NCBI GenBank assembly: GCA_051362555.1
Contig: CM120641.1
Span: forward strand, 39,376,401 to 39,440,400
DNA length: 64,000 nucleotides
Origin: Lingula anatina
Taxonomy: Eukaryota > Animalia > Brachiopoda
Reading direction: 5' to 3'
Shown: positions 1 through 13,200 of the stretch, in pieces
Layout: the number at the start of each line of letters is the position of its first letter
How positions within the stretch are numbered: the stretch's first letter is position 1
Notes under the pieces: generated by a model
What the model was told of the DNA's origin: nothing
Seen by the model: the letters and a program-made list of their open reading frames with translations, nothing else
The model's database searches: none
Position numbers and translations under genes: made by a program

Positions 1-406
1 TAAACATAATAAACCAAAGTCACTGAGCATAAGATTCGACTTCTACATTATTTGTCGGGTAACAGGTTGACTAATTTTGATACTGTATAAAATTATGATG
101 CATGGGTACGATGCAGTCATTTTATGATTGTTAAGTCAGTGAAATATTTGCCATCGATCAACCACTTGAGATTTCACTAGTAAGAAAGGGTAAAGTTTTT
201 CCAACTGTGCATTTCAGAATATCTTTATTTATATTTTTTGTATGCTTTTCTATAATGCTTAGCTTATAACATGGACAGAAAAGCATTTTGTATATTTAGA
301 ATTATCTGGTGGGCAACTCTGTATTGTTACACATACATATAGAACTAAAGTATGCAATCAGTCGTTGATTGCTTAATGTTGAAGGCATGCATTGCATGTT
401 AAATCT

Positions 407-438
407 ACACACACATACACACACACACACACACACAC
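407..438. repeat. (CA)n microsatellite
   Basis: Direct reading: about 16 CA units with one TA interruption. Confidence 0.95.
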
Positions 439-2244
439 CTTGTTGGAAATTTCAGTTTTTTTTCCATAGTCACAAAGGTATGGTGTACACCATATCTAAA
501 ACCGTTGACAAAATTACTATCTATAAACCTATGTTTAAGCTTAAAGGTTCTTGTTTAAGGGAGATGGATATTTAAGGATTGTTCTTTCCTTATCAGCTAA
601 GGCAGAAATAAACACTATCATGTAATGAGATAATGCTATCCCATCAAAGTTGCATCGAGGTGAATTGTTAACTTAAGCTGATGAAGTAACAGCAATTTTT
701 TGAAGTAAAAACTGTAATTTTTCACTTTTAAACAGATCTCTCTCACCTTACATCTAGCAATACTGTTTTTATGCCTATTCAATCACTACAACCTGGTGCC
801 AGGGAATGTTATGGAAAGGTTATAAAAGCAGCCTTTTTTAAATGAAACATTAGAATTTAAAACCAAATGCTGGCACTGGAATGTGGCTCACAACCTAGTA
901 GTCAAGCATACCAATTTTCAAGATATTTTACTTAGTTACAGAATTGCTGAGGAAAATGATCTCTATCTCACACTTATTTATAAAGCAGTGAAATTGTCAA
1001 TTAAGGCTTATCCAACTTATGTGCAAAAGTGCATGGGGTGGTGATTTAAGTGACTAAAAAGAAAACTGTGCTCTCAAAGTGTCTATTTTTATTGCAAAAA
1101 TACAGCTGTATTAAGATAATTATTTCACATAAAAGAATTGGGGGGGGGGGGAGCTAATTTGTTAAATATAGGTCTTTATAATTTACTGATACCCTTTAAG
1201 AAAAGAAGTTAAGAAATCATTGATGGGGATTTTAGATCAAATTTTTAAAACGTTTTTGGATATGACATACCTTAATGTCTAGGAAAATAAACTTGCTGTA
1301 GAAAGGTCTAACATGCATAATGCATCCTATGAACAAAACAAAAAAAAAAAAAAAGAAAAAAGATTTTTCTTTCTGAGGGCTGTTGTGTATTTTGATTTTG
1401 TTTTAGAATTTTGATCCAGTTAAAAGGTATTTGTGGTTTTATTACAAGGTGTTTGTACTGACATCAGTCTGATAACATGATATACAGCTATTTTGAAACC
1501 TTAATAATTTGACTTTCCAAGTGAAATTATATGATCGGAAGCCATACTAGTTCCCTGACAAACTATTTGTATTGGGAGTATCATATTTGTCATATACATG
1601 CCACTAACAGGATGTTAATGCTCCACTTTTGGAAACAAATCACTTGGTATTGGTAAATAAGTCATAAATGAGACTTGTTTCTCTTGGTTAGAGCTTCAGC
1701 TGAAAACAAGGTAGTTTTGAAGCAGTGTTAAAATACGTGAGCATGTGTACATGAAGCAAGTGTGGAGTAAGAGCGCTATTTATTTTTTTAAAAAAATCTC
1801 TTATGTCTATCACAGCAGCAAAGAATCTTATTGAAATTTCAGTGATTTTATTGTTCTTTTGGTAATGTAAATTTTCATGCAAAGGCACCAACAGTTCATG
1901 TCCTTAATAAAAAAAAAAGCATTGCCTGGGGAATCGGCTATATATAAACTAGCCTGTATCAATGACATACTGTACTCTACCAGTGTATTTACCTGATATT
2001 GTACACACCAGGTCTCAGCACTGAACAACTATAACATGGTATACCTATGGAGTGTAATTATAATATGGCATAATGACCTATTCTCTAAGGTTTCATCCTT
2101 GGTGGTTAACAGAACTGACATCTACAGTTTGGATTGATAGTAATATGAAGAACATTTCACCCAAAACTGTCGATTAATTACTCTTCTCCGTGAGCTGAAC
2201 TTTAGATCTCCCACCAGAAGAGCATGACATTTAGCACCCTTTGA

Positions 2245-2415
2245 TTTGATTGGCTCAACTGGAAATTTACCTGCGTCAGCAGCTTGGGTTACTGTTTGCT
2301 CTTCTTCTCATTCATTCACATGATGTTCAGTCAGGCATCCTGTATGTTTGTACCTTACTGAAAGAGAGAGGAGGAAAGGGACTGAAACAGTTGATATTAT
2401 TAAGCCAAGGTATGT
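2245..2415 (+). promoter_or_regulatory. Possible alternative promoter / non-coding first exon of the + strand gene
   Basis: Reverse CCAAT box (GATTGGCT, ~2248), CRE half-site TGCGTCA (~2272), and a strong donor AAG|GTATGT at 2409/2410. Motif-only inference. Confidence 0.25.
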
Positions 2416-5400
2416 AAAAGCAATACATTTGCAAGTGACATGTTGAACTTTTTTTATTTAATTCAAATTGGGTTTTGACAGCATAGTAATTGTAACTGCT
2501 GTCACTTTTAGCCGTGCGTGAAATTTAGTGTTATGTTGTTTCTTCCTGGAGGGTTCTTGCAGTGTTTACACTTATTTCAATATTTGATGGTAGACCCTTG
2601 CAATAATGTAGTTTTCTGGTTCAATGCTTAGTTGAAATGTCATATTCTAAGGTGATGAAGAGTGTTGAATATTCAACGGATCTGAAGAATATTTGAAAAT
2701 AATTTGATTTGAAATATTTTAATTAAGATAGTTGGAGCTTGTTATTTCACTATTGCATACAGAGTTTCAATTGATGTTTACCTATGTATTTCATGAAAAT
2801 ACTTAGGTAATTTTTATTGTATGTATCGTTTAATAATTTCATTCACATTTTTGTGATATTTAGTTATGGGTTATGTCACCTTGGTCCATTAGTAAAATTT
2901 TTGATATGCTGTAAGTATATTATTTAGCAAAGTTGAGTTTCAACTTATTTTCATCAGAAAACTAAAGGGCTGCATGTTTCTGGGTCATTAAATGATCAGC
3001 TAGACAGTGTATGACATTTAAGCCTGGAAAGAACGTTTAATGCCTATCATAATGATGTGCCCTTAGTATTGAAGTCAGGTAAAAATCAATCTGACACGTA
3101 GACACATTCTAAATTTTATTTCACAGGGTTAAAAAATTAACTGTTTTAATATATTTATGAAACAAATCATTATACTTTAATGGTTTTTTGTAGGGGGGAG
3201 GGGAGATAAAGCTTATTATCAAACACTTTTAATAGTTTCATTTATATTTATATTTATATTTATAATTTGTATGCTGAGGTGAAGAGAATGCTGGTTCATA
3301 ATGCATGCTTTTATTCCATTCTTTTGAATCCCCTACATGTGGCATATATATAATCTGTTCAGGTTCAGTGAGTGAGTTGATGAAAATGGAACAAGCAGTG
3401 CAAAATGTATGGGCCAGTTTGTGTGATTTCTCTATAACACAGACATATATATTGTTACAGTTTTCTTCCCATGGTATGGTTATGTAATCCAACATGAAGG
3501 ACTGCTTTTGATACTTTACATAAAATTCAGCATTATTATTTCCTGACATATAGGTTTTGATGTCTGATTCAAGCAGGCAAGGTACTGGCTTGAGAGGTGA
3601 ATTAGTTTGAACAGGGGAAAAGTTCTGAAAAATCATATTTAGATTAAATTGCCTTAAGATTTGTACACAACCCAACATTTCTATAATGATATATGATAAA
3701 AGAGTGCTATAGGTTTGATTATTCTTATGTGCACAACAATTTTGAATCTGACAAGTAGTGTCATGGAGATTGATTATGAAGTATAAAAGCATCTACATTT
3801 GAATAGTAGGTGGACAGTTGTAAAATGACCCACAAAAAAATAAGATAGCTACTTTTTTTTAATTTCTGGCTTGGTTTGCTTCATTAGTTAAATTTCATAA
3901 GAACCCTACAAAATATAGTCATGTATAAGTAACTTTTTTTACAATATCTTAAAAAGAAAGAAGGAAAGAAAAGAAAAGAAAGTGTGGTGTATACTAAATT
4001 AACTTTACTAAATGTTCACTTTAGTGAGTTAGTTATTGGAAGTAATGATGACTAAGGACATTGCACAAGAGATGGAATACCTAATTTTACTTTGCTTCAT
4101 TGGAAAGGATAACATTAGAAAAAAATTTAAATAGAAAAATAATTAAAATTTTATTATTTTTTTCAGCAGTCTTACTAGTTCTATAACACTATAGCAAAAC
4201 CATTGCTCTCTTAGTTCATTTGTTTCATTTGTAAGTCAAGTTTTTCTCCAGCAGGGGTAAGATACAGGCCCACCTGGCCAGCTACCTGGAATTCTCCAGT
4301 CTCAGCAGCCCCCCCTACTGCTTCATGTCAAGGTGAAATGACTGGAATACTTCTCTGACAGACTAGAGAGGTATCCTCAGACACTGATTTCTTCTTGATT
4401 TTCTGTGTCTTCTTGATCAAAACAGCACATCCTACATTCATACCTTGTTTTTCTGTTGAGGTTTAAACTTGGCCTAATTAGCCCCAGCAAAGCCGGGGTA
4501 AATGTTAACTTGGAGATCTGAGATGTTTGGGACTTTAGTCACCTGTGTTGCAGTAGGTAGGGAAAGCACTTGCTGTGCTGAAAGTTATCTGAAAGATATT
4601 ATTTTGCTGTAAAAATAGGATACTCTTATGAAGTGTTTGATAGGTGTTTCAATTGTTTTGTTAGATTTCTTAAATTTTTTATGCAATGGATTTAAATAGA
4701 AAATAAGTATTGTAACAGCATGGACACCAAAGCCAAAAATATTTTAAGTCCACAGACTCTTGCATTTCTTGAAGTCAGAGATCACAGAGTAGTTTCATCA
4801 TTGAGAAAGCATCATTACTTAACAGAAATAAACATGATATACATGTACATGGACTAGTAGAAAATAAGCAGCAGATAGAGTGGGTGGTGTTGGCTGTAGC
4901 CTAGTAACAAGCAAAGCTGGTTGTGAACAGGAAAGATGGAATATGTAACTACCCTTGAAAATTTAACCTCGGTCTTCAAATGATTCTAGTAAAGAAAAAC
5001 ACATAATAAAATTAATCTGGTTTAAAGAGGATTTTTTTTGTTGAATTTCATGTGTCTACAAGTGAAACTTGCTGAAGGTAGTTGCATAATCAGCCTTTGG
5101 TCTTTTTTTCTTTTCTTTTTTTTTTTAGCTTTCTTGATATCTACAGGAAGTAATGTTTGATGCTTGAATGGTGGAAGAGGTAAACAAGTTCTTGATGAAC
5201 TTGCTCATTCCATTTTACCTCTGAAAACCAAACCAGGTATCCTAAGAAAGTTTAAATTTCTGAAGTGTCAGATTCACTACTGAGGCTACGGAAATGTCAA
5301 CAACTCTGTCTCTGGAAATTGCCCCTTTTTAATCTCACTGATGTCAAGTATCAGTTGGCTGAATGGAATCTTTGAAGAGCATGATTTAATGTGTTTGCTA

Positions 5401-6057
5401 AAAAAAAAAAAAAAAACATAGCACCTGACCTTCTCATCTGTTAGTCTAGATTTTTTTAGTTGTTAATGTTGATGATTACCTAGCGTTATACTGTCCTTTT
5501 TCTCCTAAGGCAAACGTCAAGGTAAATATCTCGACAAATATCAACTTTCTGCTCCACTTCATAGCTCTCCTAGACTTCAGCAGGGCAAATTTTTATTTGC
5601 AAGCTCATGGGAAAGTTACAGCTGAGGATAACTTGAAATTTTATTATCTGATGGATCAAAAATATGGTGCCTGTTTTTTGTTTTTACTAATACAAGATTG
5701 CATTGATATTAATATTAATTACACAATGTAAAAATATCAGAATGTTTAGTATTAAGAACAAAAAGCATAACATAACTCTTAGCACAGCCATAGTTCACCA
5801 GCCAATGTCTACATTTAATCTCAAATTATGGCATTTTTTCAGGTAATAAACTCAGTGCTGTTTACAATTAATTTAACCAATTTGTTGAACTTGCATTCTG
5901 ATGTCTAACAACTTTCACTCTTTGTCAGAGAGGAATACACGTACAGAGAGATAAAATGCACATCCCAGACTTAAATAGCAATAAGCAGTGTGGGTTAATT
6001 TAAAACTTGTACCCATTCTCTGACCTGACATTCTGTTTCAATCTATTTTTGCCCCAG

Positions 6058-6106
6058 GATGAGCTCAGGTGGAGAGATAACTTCTCTCCTTCATTTTTGC
6101 ACATTG
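6058..6106 (+). CDS. Candidate small internal exon of the unidentified + strand gene (DELRWRDNFSPSFLHI)
   Basis: CTGAC branch-like motif, pyrimidine tract and CAG acceptor; G|GTAAAT donor; open frame with a phase-1 exit compatible with the exon at 18100. No homology support. Confidence 0.25.
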
Positions 6107-7182
6107 GTAAATGCTCCTTGTACTGTTATTAAGCAGGAATTAAATGTATGTGAGTCAGACCATGCAGATCAATTCTTGATCAAATGAATCTCAGAGATTG
6201 GGAGATTATGTGCTAGTGCATAGCCTGGCTAAACTCAGCTGAGGGTTGCCCTGGGGGTGGAACTGGCTGCCTGTGCGACTTCAGCTTTCTCTGCCTACTC
6301 GTTTCCAGTTTAATTAGAATTTGCTGTCCTTTCACACAGTTGGAATTTTTTTCATCTGCTGATCCCCCACAGCTTTTAGTTGAGTCTTGTTTGCATGTTC
6401 TGCAGTAATTAATGACAGGCTGGCTCCGCTGCTAGTGCAGCCACAGTATTGACCAAATGTCTGTGTGACCATGTTTTCCTTTCTCCAATGAGGAGGCCTG
6501 GAACTGGTTGAAAATGCTGTCTGCCTGTGGCATATTTGCCAAAGTGCTCCCGAACAGGATAAATGTATTATAGTGGACTCCATGCTCACTAGAAGATCAT
6601 CAGCCAATTTAGTGCCAGTTTTCACACTGTCTATGAAGTATGAGGTGGGAATTATTGTGATATAACAGTAAAGTTTAATATATTTATGGTTTAATATATT
6701 TCTTTTTCTTATTTTCTTTTGCTTGTGGGTTAACAAAAAGCCAGAAAATCTGGAAGAGAAAATAACAGACAGACAGACAGGCATAGAATATATTATCAAA
6801 AGTTTTAGAATGGTGTTGGCAGTTTTGAAACAAGGGAGCATGTTCTCCGCTAAGAATGTGCATGTTTTTGATAGAACTCATTGTGCAAGTTATGTGCTGT
6901 ATTTCTTTGTTATAGTAGCTTCATAGTCTGCTGTGTTGCCAGGGGCTGAAACTAGTTACCAAGGAACTGCTCTGGTAGATATGGTGTCTCTAAGCAATTT
7001 CTTCTCAGGGAACAGAAGGACAGTGTCTGCAGGATAAAAGTTCCTGTTATTTTGTCAGAAAGTACACTTACACATTGTAATGAGAAGAAATGCCATTTGT
7101 AATAAGTGTTTCAATCAAAGACTGCATGGCCTGTAAATGCCCAAGGTGGTTATGTTCACAACTAGACCTAGTTACACTTGAA

Positions 7183-7450
7183 AGTCTTAGGAACCATTCC
7201 CAGACCCTGTTTTACTAAAACTACATGGATCTATCTATCTCTGAGGGGATTCTCACTAAATTGCAATCAACTTAAGGGGCTAAGATATCTGTCACGCCTA
7301 CTGAAGCTGCTAGTGGGTAATTAATTATTGTTTAGCAGATTTAGTAGGAGTGCCAGTCATCTAAGCCGCTTAAGCTGAAAGCAGTTTACAAGAAACCCCT
7401 TGGAGATGGATCGATGCTGTTAGATGGATCTGGGTATGGGAACCCAGACT
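7183..7450. mobile_element. Hairpin-forming non-autonomous element (AGTCT...AGACT ends), copy 1
   Basis: Imperfect internal palindrome; a reverse-complement copy lies at 29026-29270. Confidence 0.75.
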
Positions 7451-7755
7451 TAGTGCTGCCATGACTATAGATAACAGGGACTTTTAGTGAATCTACTACC
7501 TGAATAAGAGTCAGGTCTGTAGCCAGCTATTTCAGAGGGGGGGGAGGGGGGTCTTTTTATGAAAAACTGGATCTTTTACCATAAGACCTTGTATAAAGGT
7601 CACTTTTTGCCAAGAGCAGACCTTTTCCTAGGAAAAAAATGTGGTTTTTGCAAACCCCCAAGATCCCCCCTCCCCCAGCTATGGGCTTGACAATAAAGGC
7701 ATTTAAAATCCCTTGCTGATAATGTGGACTCTTGGTGATGTTATTTTAATTAATT

Positions 7756-8236
7756 TTGCTCAATGTCCAATTATAACTGGCACTTACCAGTTTGATGTCG
7801 TGTTTTTGGTATATACAACTGCATGGCGTTTAGGTTAGTCTTAAAAGACAATTTCAGAACAAGTTAACATCGTACTGGACATGATCTTGGAAAGATGTTT
7901 TTCATTTTAAATTTTTATGTCTTGAGCTTTTACTTGGAAATATCTTGTTGTGGAGTTGAATTTTAGCTGCCATCCTATTTTAAAGATCCTACTTTAAAGA
8001 TCATAAAGTGTTTAACTGAGGAAAAAAGTTATAATGTTGGACAAAAGGTTAAAATAAGGAAAAAGCATACATTTCATGGCACAAGTTGTCATTTTTTCTG
8101 AATTTCATACATTTTTACATTTTCATCATACTAATTATCAAATAATTTGGAATATCTTGCTCATTGTCCAATTATAACTGGCACTTACCAGTTTGATGTC
8201 ATGTTTTTGGTATAATTGCATGCTGTTTAGTCTTAA
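7756..8236. repeat. Local ~85 bp direct duplication (7756-7844 and 8157-8236)
   Basis: TGTCCAATTATAACTGGCACTTACCAGTTTGATGTC is identical in both copies. Confidence 0.9.
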
Positions 8237-8990
8237 GCATATTGATAACCACTGGAAAAAAGTATCACTCAGTTTGTACAAGAACACCTAAAAGTGTATC
8301 AATTAATGAAGGGTACATCTTCTTGCACAATCCCAAGTCATTAGTCTAAGAGCACGGTCTCGCTGCCTGCTATAACCCTAGGCAGTCTGTGGCTTGTGAG
8401 ACATTTTCTACATTGATTGGTTTGGAATTGGAAGCTACCTTTGGAATTGATTATTACTTTGTAACATTGGTGGCATCTGCATACCTGCAGTGGTTGATTA
8501 CTTCGCCTACTTTTTCTTAGCAAGAAAATCCTACTCACTGTTTGGAAACTAATCAAAGTCAAGTCAAGAACAAGCTGTTGAGAGGAAGGCGTATGAGAAA
8601 AGAACTTATCGCTTGTCTTTGTTTGGCAGTAGCAGCAGTTGTTTCTTTCAACTGAAAACCAGGAGGAACAAGATTATTATGCCACTTCATCAGATTTCTA
8701 ATGGAGTAAATGGGGCTTTTCAAGTTAAACTACATGGAGTAGATCTTGAGTAACAACAAGAAGCAATGTAGCTGAAATGACTTACTGATCATGAATTAAA
8801 ACAATTTAACCCCTTCTGTCAAATGGTGGTGGTAAGCAGTATTAGGCACCTGTTTTTTTTTTTTTTTCAAAGTTCTTACTTTCAGTTCTTGGTCTTTTTT
8901 GTAGGGACTATTTTCAGTGCAGTTTTGAATCCAATCTCCAAGATATTTACATATTTGTTTATTAGTATGGCCTAGCTGTGATGGTGTTAA

Positions 8991-9967
8991 AGACAGTCTC
9001 AGTGGGTTAGATTAATGTATAGAAGCAGGTTCTATGTAAAACTTTGGTCAGATTTGTGTTTTGTGAGATTGTTTATTATTATATTAATAAGTCTGGGTCA
9101 CAAAAGTTCTGTTTAGACAACTAGAATAAAAAATTAGAAAACGAAAACTATTTATCATGATTTCGGAGCACAGCCGGGAGTACCTCCGGCTCAAGGTCAC
9201 GACCTCGATTTTCCCACGCTTACGACCAATCACAGCAGGCTTCAGTCAGAATGAGATAGAAGTCACGACTACACAGCGAAACTTGTCAGACATGTAAATG
9301 CCGCCTGTCCACCTTTTCGGTACATGTACCGATCAAAAACAGAAAACGTAAAGCCCAAAACGCTCTTATACACGTAACCAACTTTGTATGAGCACAAATA
9401 TTGTCATTTATTGTGAACAGGATAATATGATAATGAGACACACTTGAGACCTGTGAAGCGCATACTCACGTGTCGAGGAGTAGTTTCGCCATTGCCTCCT
9501 AACTCAGCTTTAAGTGTCCTCCACCGCCCCACCTCCCTCCCAACATACACAGTCTGAGTGCTTCTTCGTCTGTCTCTAATTTTCTTTCGTATCTTTCGAA
9601 CTGGAGTGGCTATTTTCTTTCGTCCCCTTTTGTCGCTCTCCTCTTCAGACTTGACGCGCGTCTCCATGTTTGCTGTTTTGGCGCCAAATAGTAACATCCG
9701 GGTCTCAGCTGTAGTACTTCATTCATAGTAAACCGCGAGACTTAGCGAGAAATTGCGCGTTCTGAAGCCGTACTGTGAGGTGGTAGCTGAGTATTTAAGA
9801 CGAGTCGTCTTTTATTATTTAATGGAACTTAAAAACGGTATTAGGTAGCTTCATTTTCTGAACAGTTTTGGATAGGATATACCTTGGTCATTATGGGGAA
9901 ATTGGTGAGATTTTCAGGAAAATTCATTTTCGTGCTATTTTAAGGGTTTAACGCGCTGAGACTGTCT
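8991..9967 (-). mobile_element. Kolobok-like non-autonomous DNA transposon (977 bp)
   Basis: TTAA target duplication (8987-8990, 9968-9971); AG...CT termini; TIR AGACAGTCTCAG perfect for 12 bp, 18/20 over 20 bp. TTAA plus RR...YY ends is the Kolobok signature (piggyBac starts with CC). CpG-rich interior with a residual coding exon. Confidence 0.8.
9470..9667 (-). pseudogene. Residual first coding exon inside the Kolobok-like element (METRVK...RDRRRSTQTVYVGREVGRWRTLKAELG...PRH)
   Basis: AAACATGG start context, 66 open codons, then a GTGAGT donor at 9469-9464; basic NLS-like composition. Confidence 0.5.
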
Positions 9968-10073
9968 TTAAACTCTGCAAGTTGGTGGACAGGCTTTAGC
10001 AGGTATGATTATTACCTGGTCTTTTCAATAGGCAAAAGTTATCAAACATAATTTTATAATCACAACAATTATA

Positions 10074-10226
10074 TTTCTATATAGCATTTGTGGTGCTTTT
10101 TATTGCATAGAATAGAACTATAGAGTAACCTAGCTGCTTTTTAATTTTCTTTCTTCCACTCAATAGGAATGTTTTTACTCTAAGAAATTTTGACTTAAAA
10201 AATACAGTATGCATAAAATTCACAAT
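10074..10226 (+). repeat. Dispersed ~150 bp repeat, copy 1
   Basis: Shares TAGCATTTGTGGTGCTTTT...TAGAACTAT...AAAAATACAGTAT...TAAAATTCACAAT with 15310-15463. Confidence 0.8.
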
Positions 10227-13200
10227 TTCCCCCATTGAAAAGATGGAATAATTACCATAGGTAGAGGGCAGGGTTACATTGGCAACACTGTAGCATGTAC
10301 GGGGAAAAAGGCTGTGGAGACCAAGGGCTACCAGATGTCAGGTCTCAGCTAGACCTGCTCTGGTAGGAACCCCTTGATCCACCCATATTGAACACACAGT
10401 CAGGTGTGAAAGTGTAAATACTCAAGGTGCAAGACCAGATGGGGAACACACTGACATGGTTTTTCAGACAAATATTATTTTTTTGGAAGGATCTGTGGTT
10501 TGTATTTCTACAGCACTGTGATTTTGAATTATAAGAAAGAGGATTTTTAGAATTGCTGTTGAATTTCCAAATGTTCCTCAAGATGGATCTGACAGTTAAA
10601 CCATCTGCCGTCTACTCTCCCTTTCTCTCTCCCTCTCATTCCTCTACTTCTTTTGCCCTGTGTGTTCTTTTTATCTTAACCCTACTCTTAGAATAATAAA
10701 ACTGAAAGAATTCACCCTTTTATGTTGATACATGTGTATCTCTTTCTAGCCCAAGTTCATAAGAATGTAATGAGGAAACTGTTGACATCATGAAATATAA
10801 TTTCATCCCTGGTAAAGTGGGAAACCAAGCATCTGTGTGCAGCATGATGCAAAATGACATTAAGTAATCGTTAAATGGGTTACATAAAGCGGAAATATCA
10901 ATAACATTATGCTAAATTTCAAATCTCAGCTTTCCTCAACAGTTGTGAGGTTCTCAGAGTTAATGGAAATGTTTAAAACATGGTTCTCTGTAGAAGTAGT
11001 AATTGGATTAATTTGTAATGTCAGGCAATACATGTAGGTCAGTACGTTTCCTTTGCCTAATCCTCTTTAGTTTAAAACGAAGCTTCATTATCCTCATTAT
11101 TCATGTTCCACAAAAAAGACAATATTTGAAAAGTTGCGACAAGTAATCAGACTAAAATAAGAATTGTTCTCCAAATTTGCACTGGCATGAACAAAAATTC
11201 AAACATGCACGAGCAGTTTTTCAAAGGACTCACTCTCACTATACGCTAATTGCATCAGCATCAAAATTGTGTCGCCACACACACATACACACATGCACGT
11301 ACAGTCATACACATGCACGTTGATCAATTACGGGAAGCGATGGAGTTTGTGCAACAAACCGAATTCCTTGATAATAACATTTTCTTTCTCTGGTGATTTC
11401 TGAATGATGTCATTCTGGAAGATAATCGCTTTTCTGATTGCCAGCTCTCCCTGCCCATTGATCACGGCAATAATCAGATTCCAAGCCTACATTAAAAGTT
11501 TTCTTGGTTCATTAGTTTCCCAGCTGCTAGCAATGAAGGGTCATTAGCACTATCAAGAAGCTATCAGTCTATCACTTTAGGGTATCAGATTCCACGGAAT
11601 AGACAGTTTTGAGGGTAAGGATTTGTGTGCAGCAAGGATAGTTTAAGTTATATATGCTGTTAGACATCCATCAAATCATGATGGACCCGTAAGCTGAGGA
11701 TTCCCAGGTATTTGATAAGTAGGGGAAAGATGAGTATATCATGGATAAACATGACCAGAACATCCTCTTTTTTTCCCCATGTGCTACCAGTAGATTATTA
11801 TTGTAATTTAGAAATGCATAACATTATTATACAACTAAAAGAAAAATATGGCTATTTACTTCAACTTTGTTTGAAAGGCTTTAATAGATAGAATAATAAA
11901 GAGTCAAATACTCAAGACAAGAAAATATGCTATTGAATACTATTTATCCGAGTTCTCTACCTGTATCATAATTCCTCACCAATGTTCTGTCTGTACAGCC
12001 GGTAGTGTCAGCTGGTACATGTAATATTAGCTGTCTGAGGTAGACTGACGTGGCAGTTTGAGTGATTTTTTAACGGCAGATAAAAATCAGAATGTTTGAA
12101 GTTTGAACAAAATTCAGACAATTTAACCTTTCGTGGGTTGCTGATGATTTTCTATTACAAATTCAGTGGTTCAAAGCTGGAGTGGGATTATTTATGGTCA
12201 TGAAAAGTTGACTTAAGCAAATGAAATGCTTAATTTGAATTGCAGAAACCAGACTGATTGAGGAGCAAGTGATTTTTTTTGTTTTTTGAATTTCAAACAT
12301 GTACACTGCATCCTGCTCATTTCCAGTGACATTATTTAGGAACTATTTTTTTTTTCAGAACACAGAACTTGTCTGCTCATTCATGGGATCAAACTGAATT
12401 CTTACTTATACATAATGATATTTGTTAAGTGAAGTAGCTAAGATGTGAAGAAGAATTTACTCAGATTAGCAAAATACAATTCAATATATTTTATTTTATC
12501 ACTATCATCCAAAGGTTTTGATTTCTTTTTGTTTATTTGTTAAAACTTAAAGGCATCTCAAAATTTTAAGGACATGTGTTACCCTTGAAGAAGTTCATCA
12601 GTGTAAATTTGATTTTTTTTTTTCTTTGACAAAACTTATTGGAACTTGTTCTAAATCTTGATAATCATGCAGAAATATAAGTCATTCATATTTTACTTTT
12701 GCTATCCATCATATAGTTATGGGTATATTGATCATATTTAGATTCATTGTTTCTTTTGTAATAGTTTATGTCCAATGTGGTCTGGCATCACCACATGGGA
12801 TGACCATTTTTCATCAAGAATTTTTCTTTAAAATGATGCAGAAGCTTGTCCAGCTATTCCTGTTGTAACAATCAGTGCCAATTTCAGGCAATCCCATTCT
12901 GGGTGAAATATTGAGATGTTTCAATGAAGATCTTTGTGATTTTAAACCATGCTGAAGCTGTTTAAAAGGTTGATGTGGTTTGAAAACTGCTTGTCTGATT
13001 TTGTCCATTGGTGTCATCTGATTTATACCCAAGTTTCCCTTCTTTTTATACCTGACATGATTGATATTTTGATAATTGTTAACATTCTTCATTGAGTAGG
13101 CCTATAATCACTTCCATCTCCAGTGTGTTCAGCAGTTATAGGTTCTCTGGAGATAAACCAAAGTCATTTTATGATTGATTTTTCTGTTCTAACATTTGTT

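Noticed and set aside
3238-3792. 184-aa minus-strand ORF
   Set aside because: Intron-like AT-rich composition, ends in a simple repeat (YKYKYK), no motifs or splice support; probably a chance ORF.
6332-6841. 169-aa minus-strand ORF
   Set aside because: No recognisable domain and includes low-complexity tracts; antisense to the presumed host intron.
7512-7689. Possible CAGG-ended MITE with G and C runs
   Set aside because: TIR is degenerate, no TSD, and no second copy seen in the window.
8987-9971. piggyBac assignment for the TTAA-flanked elements
   Set aside because: Termini are AG...CT, not CC...GG.
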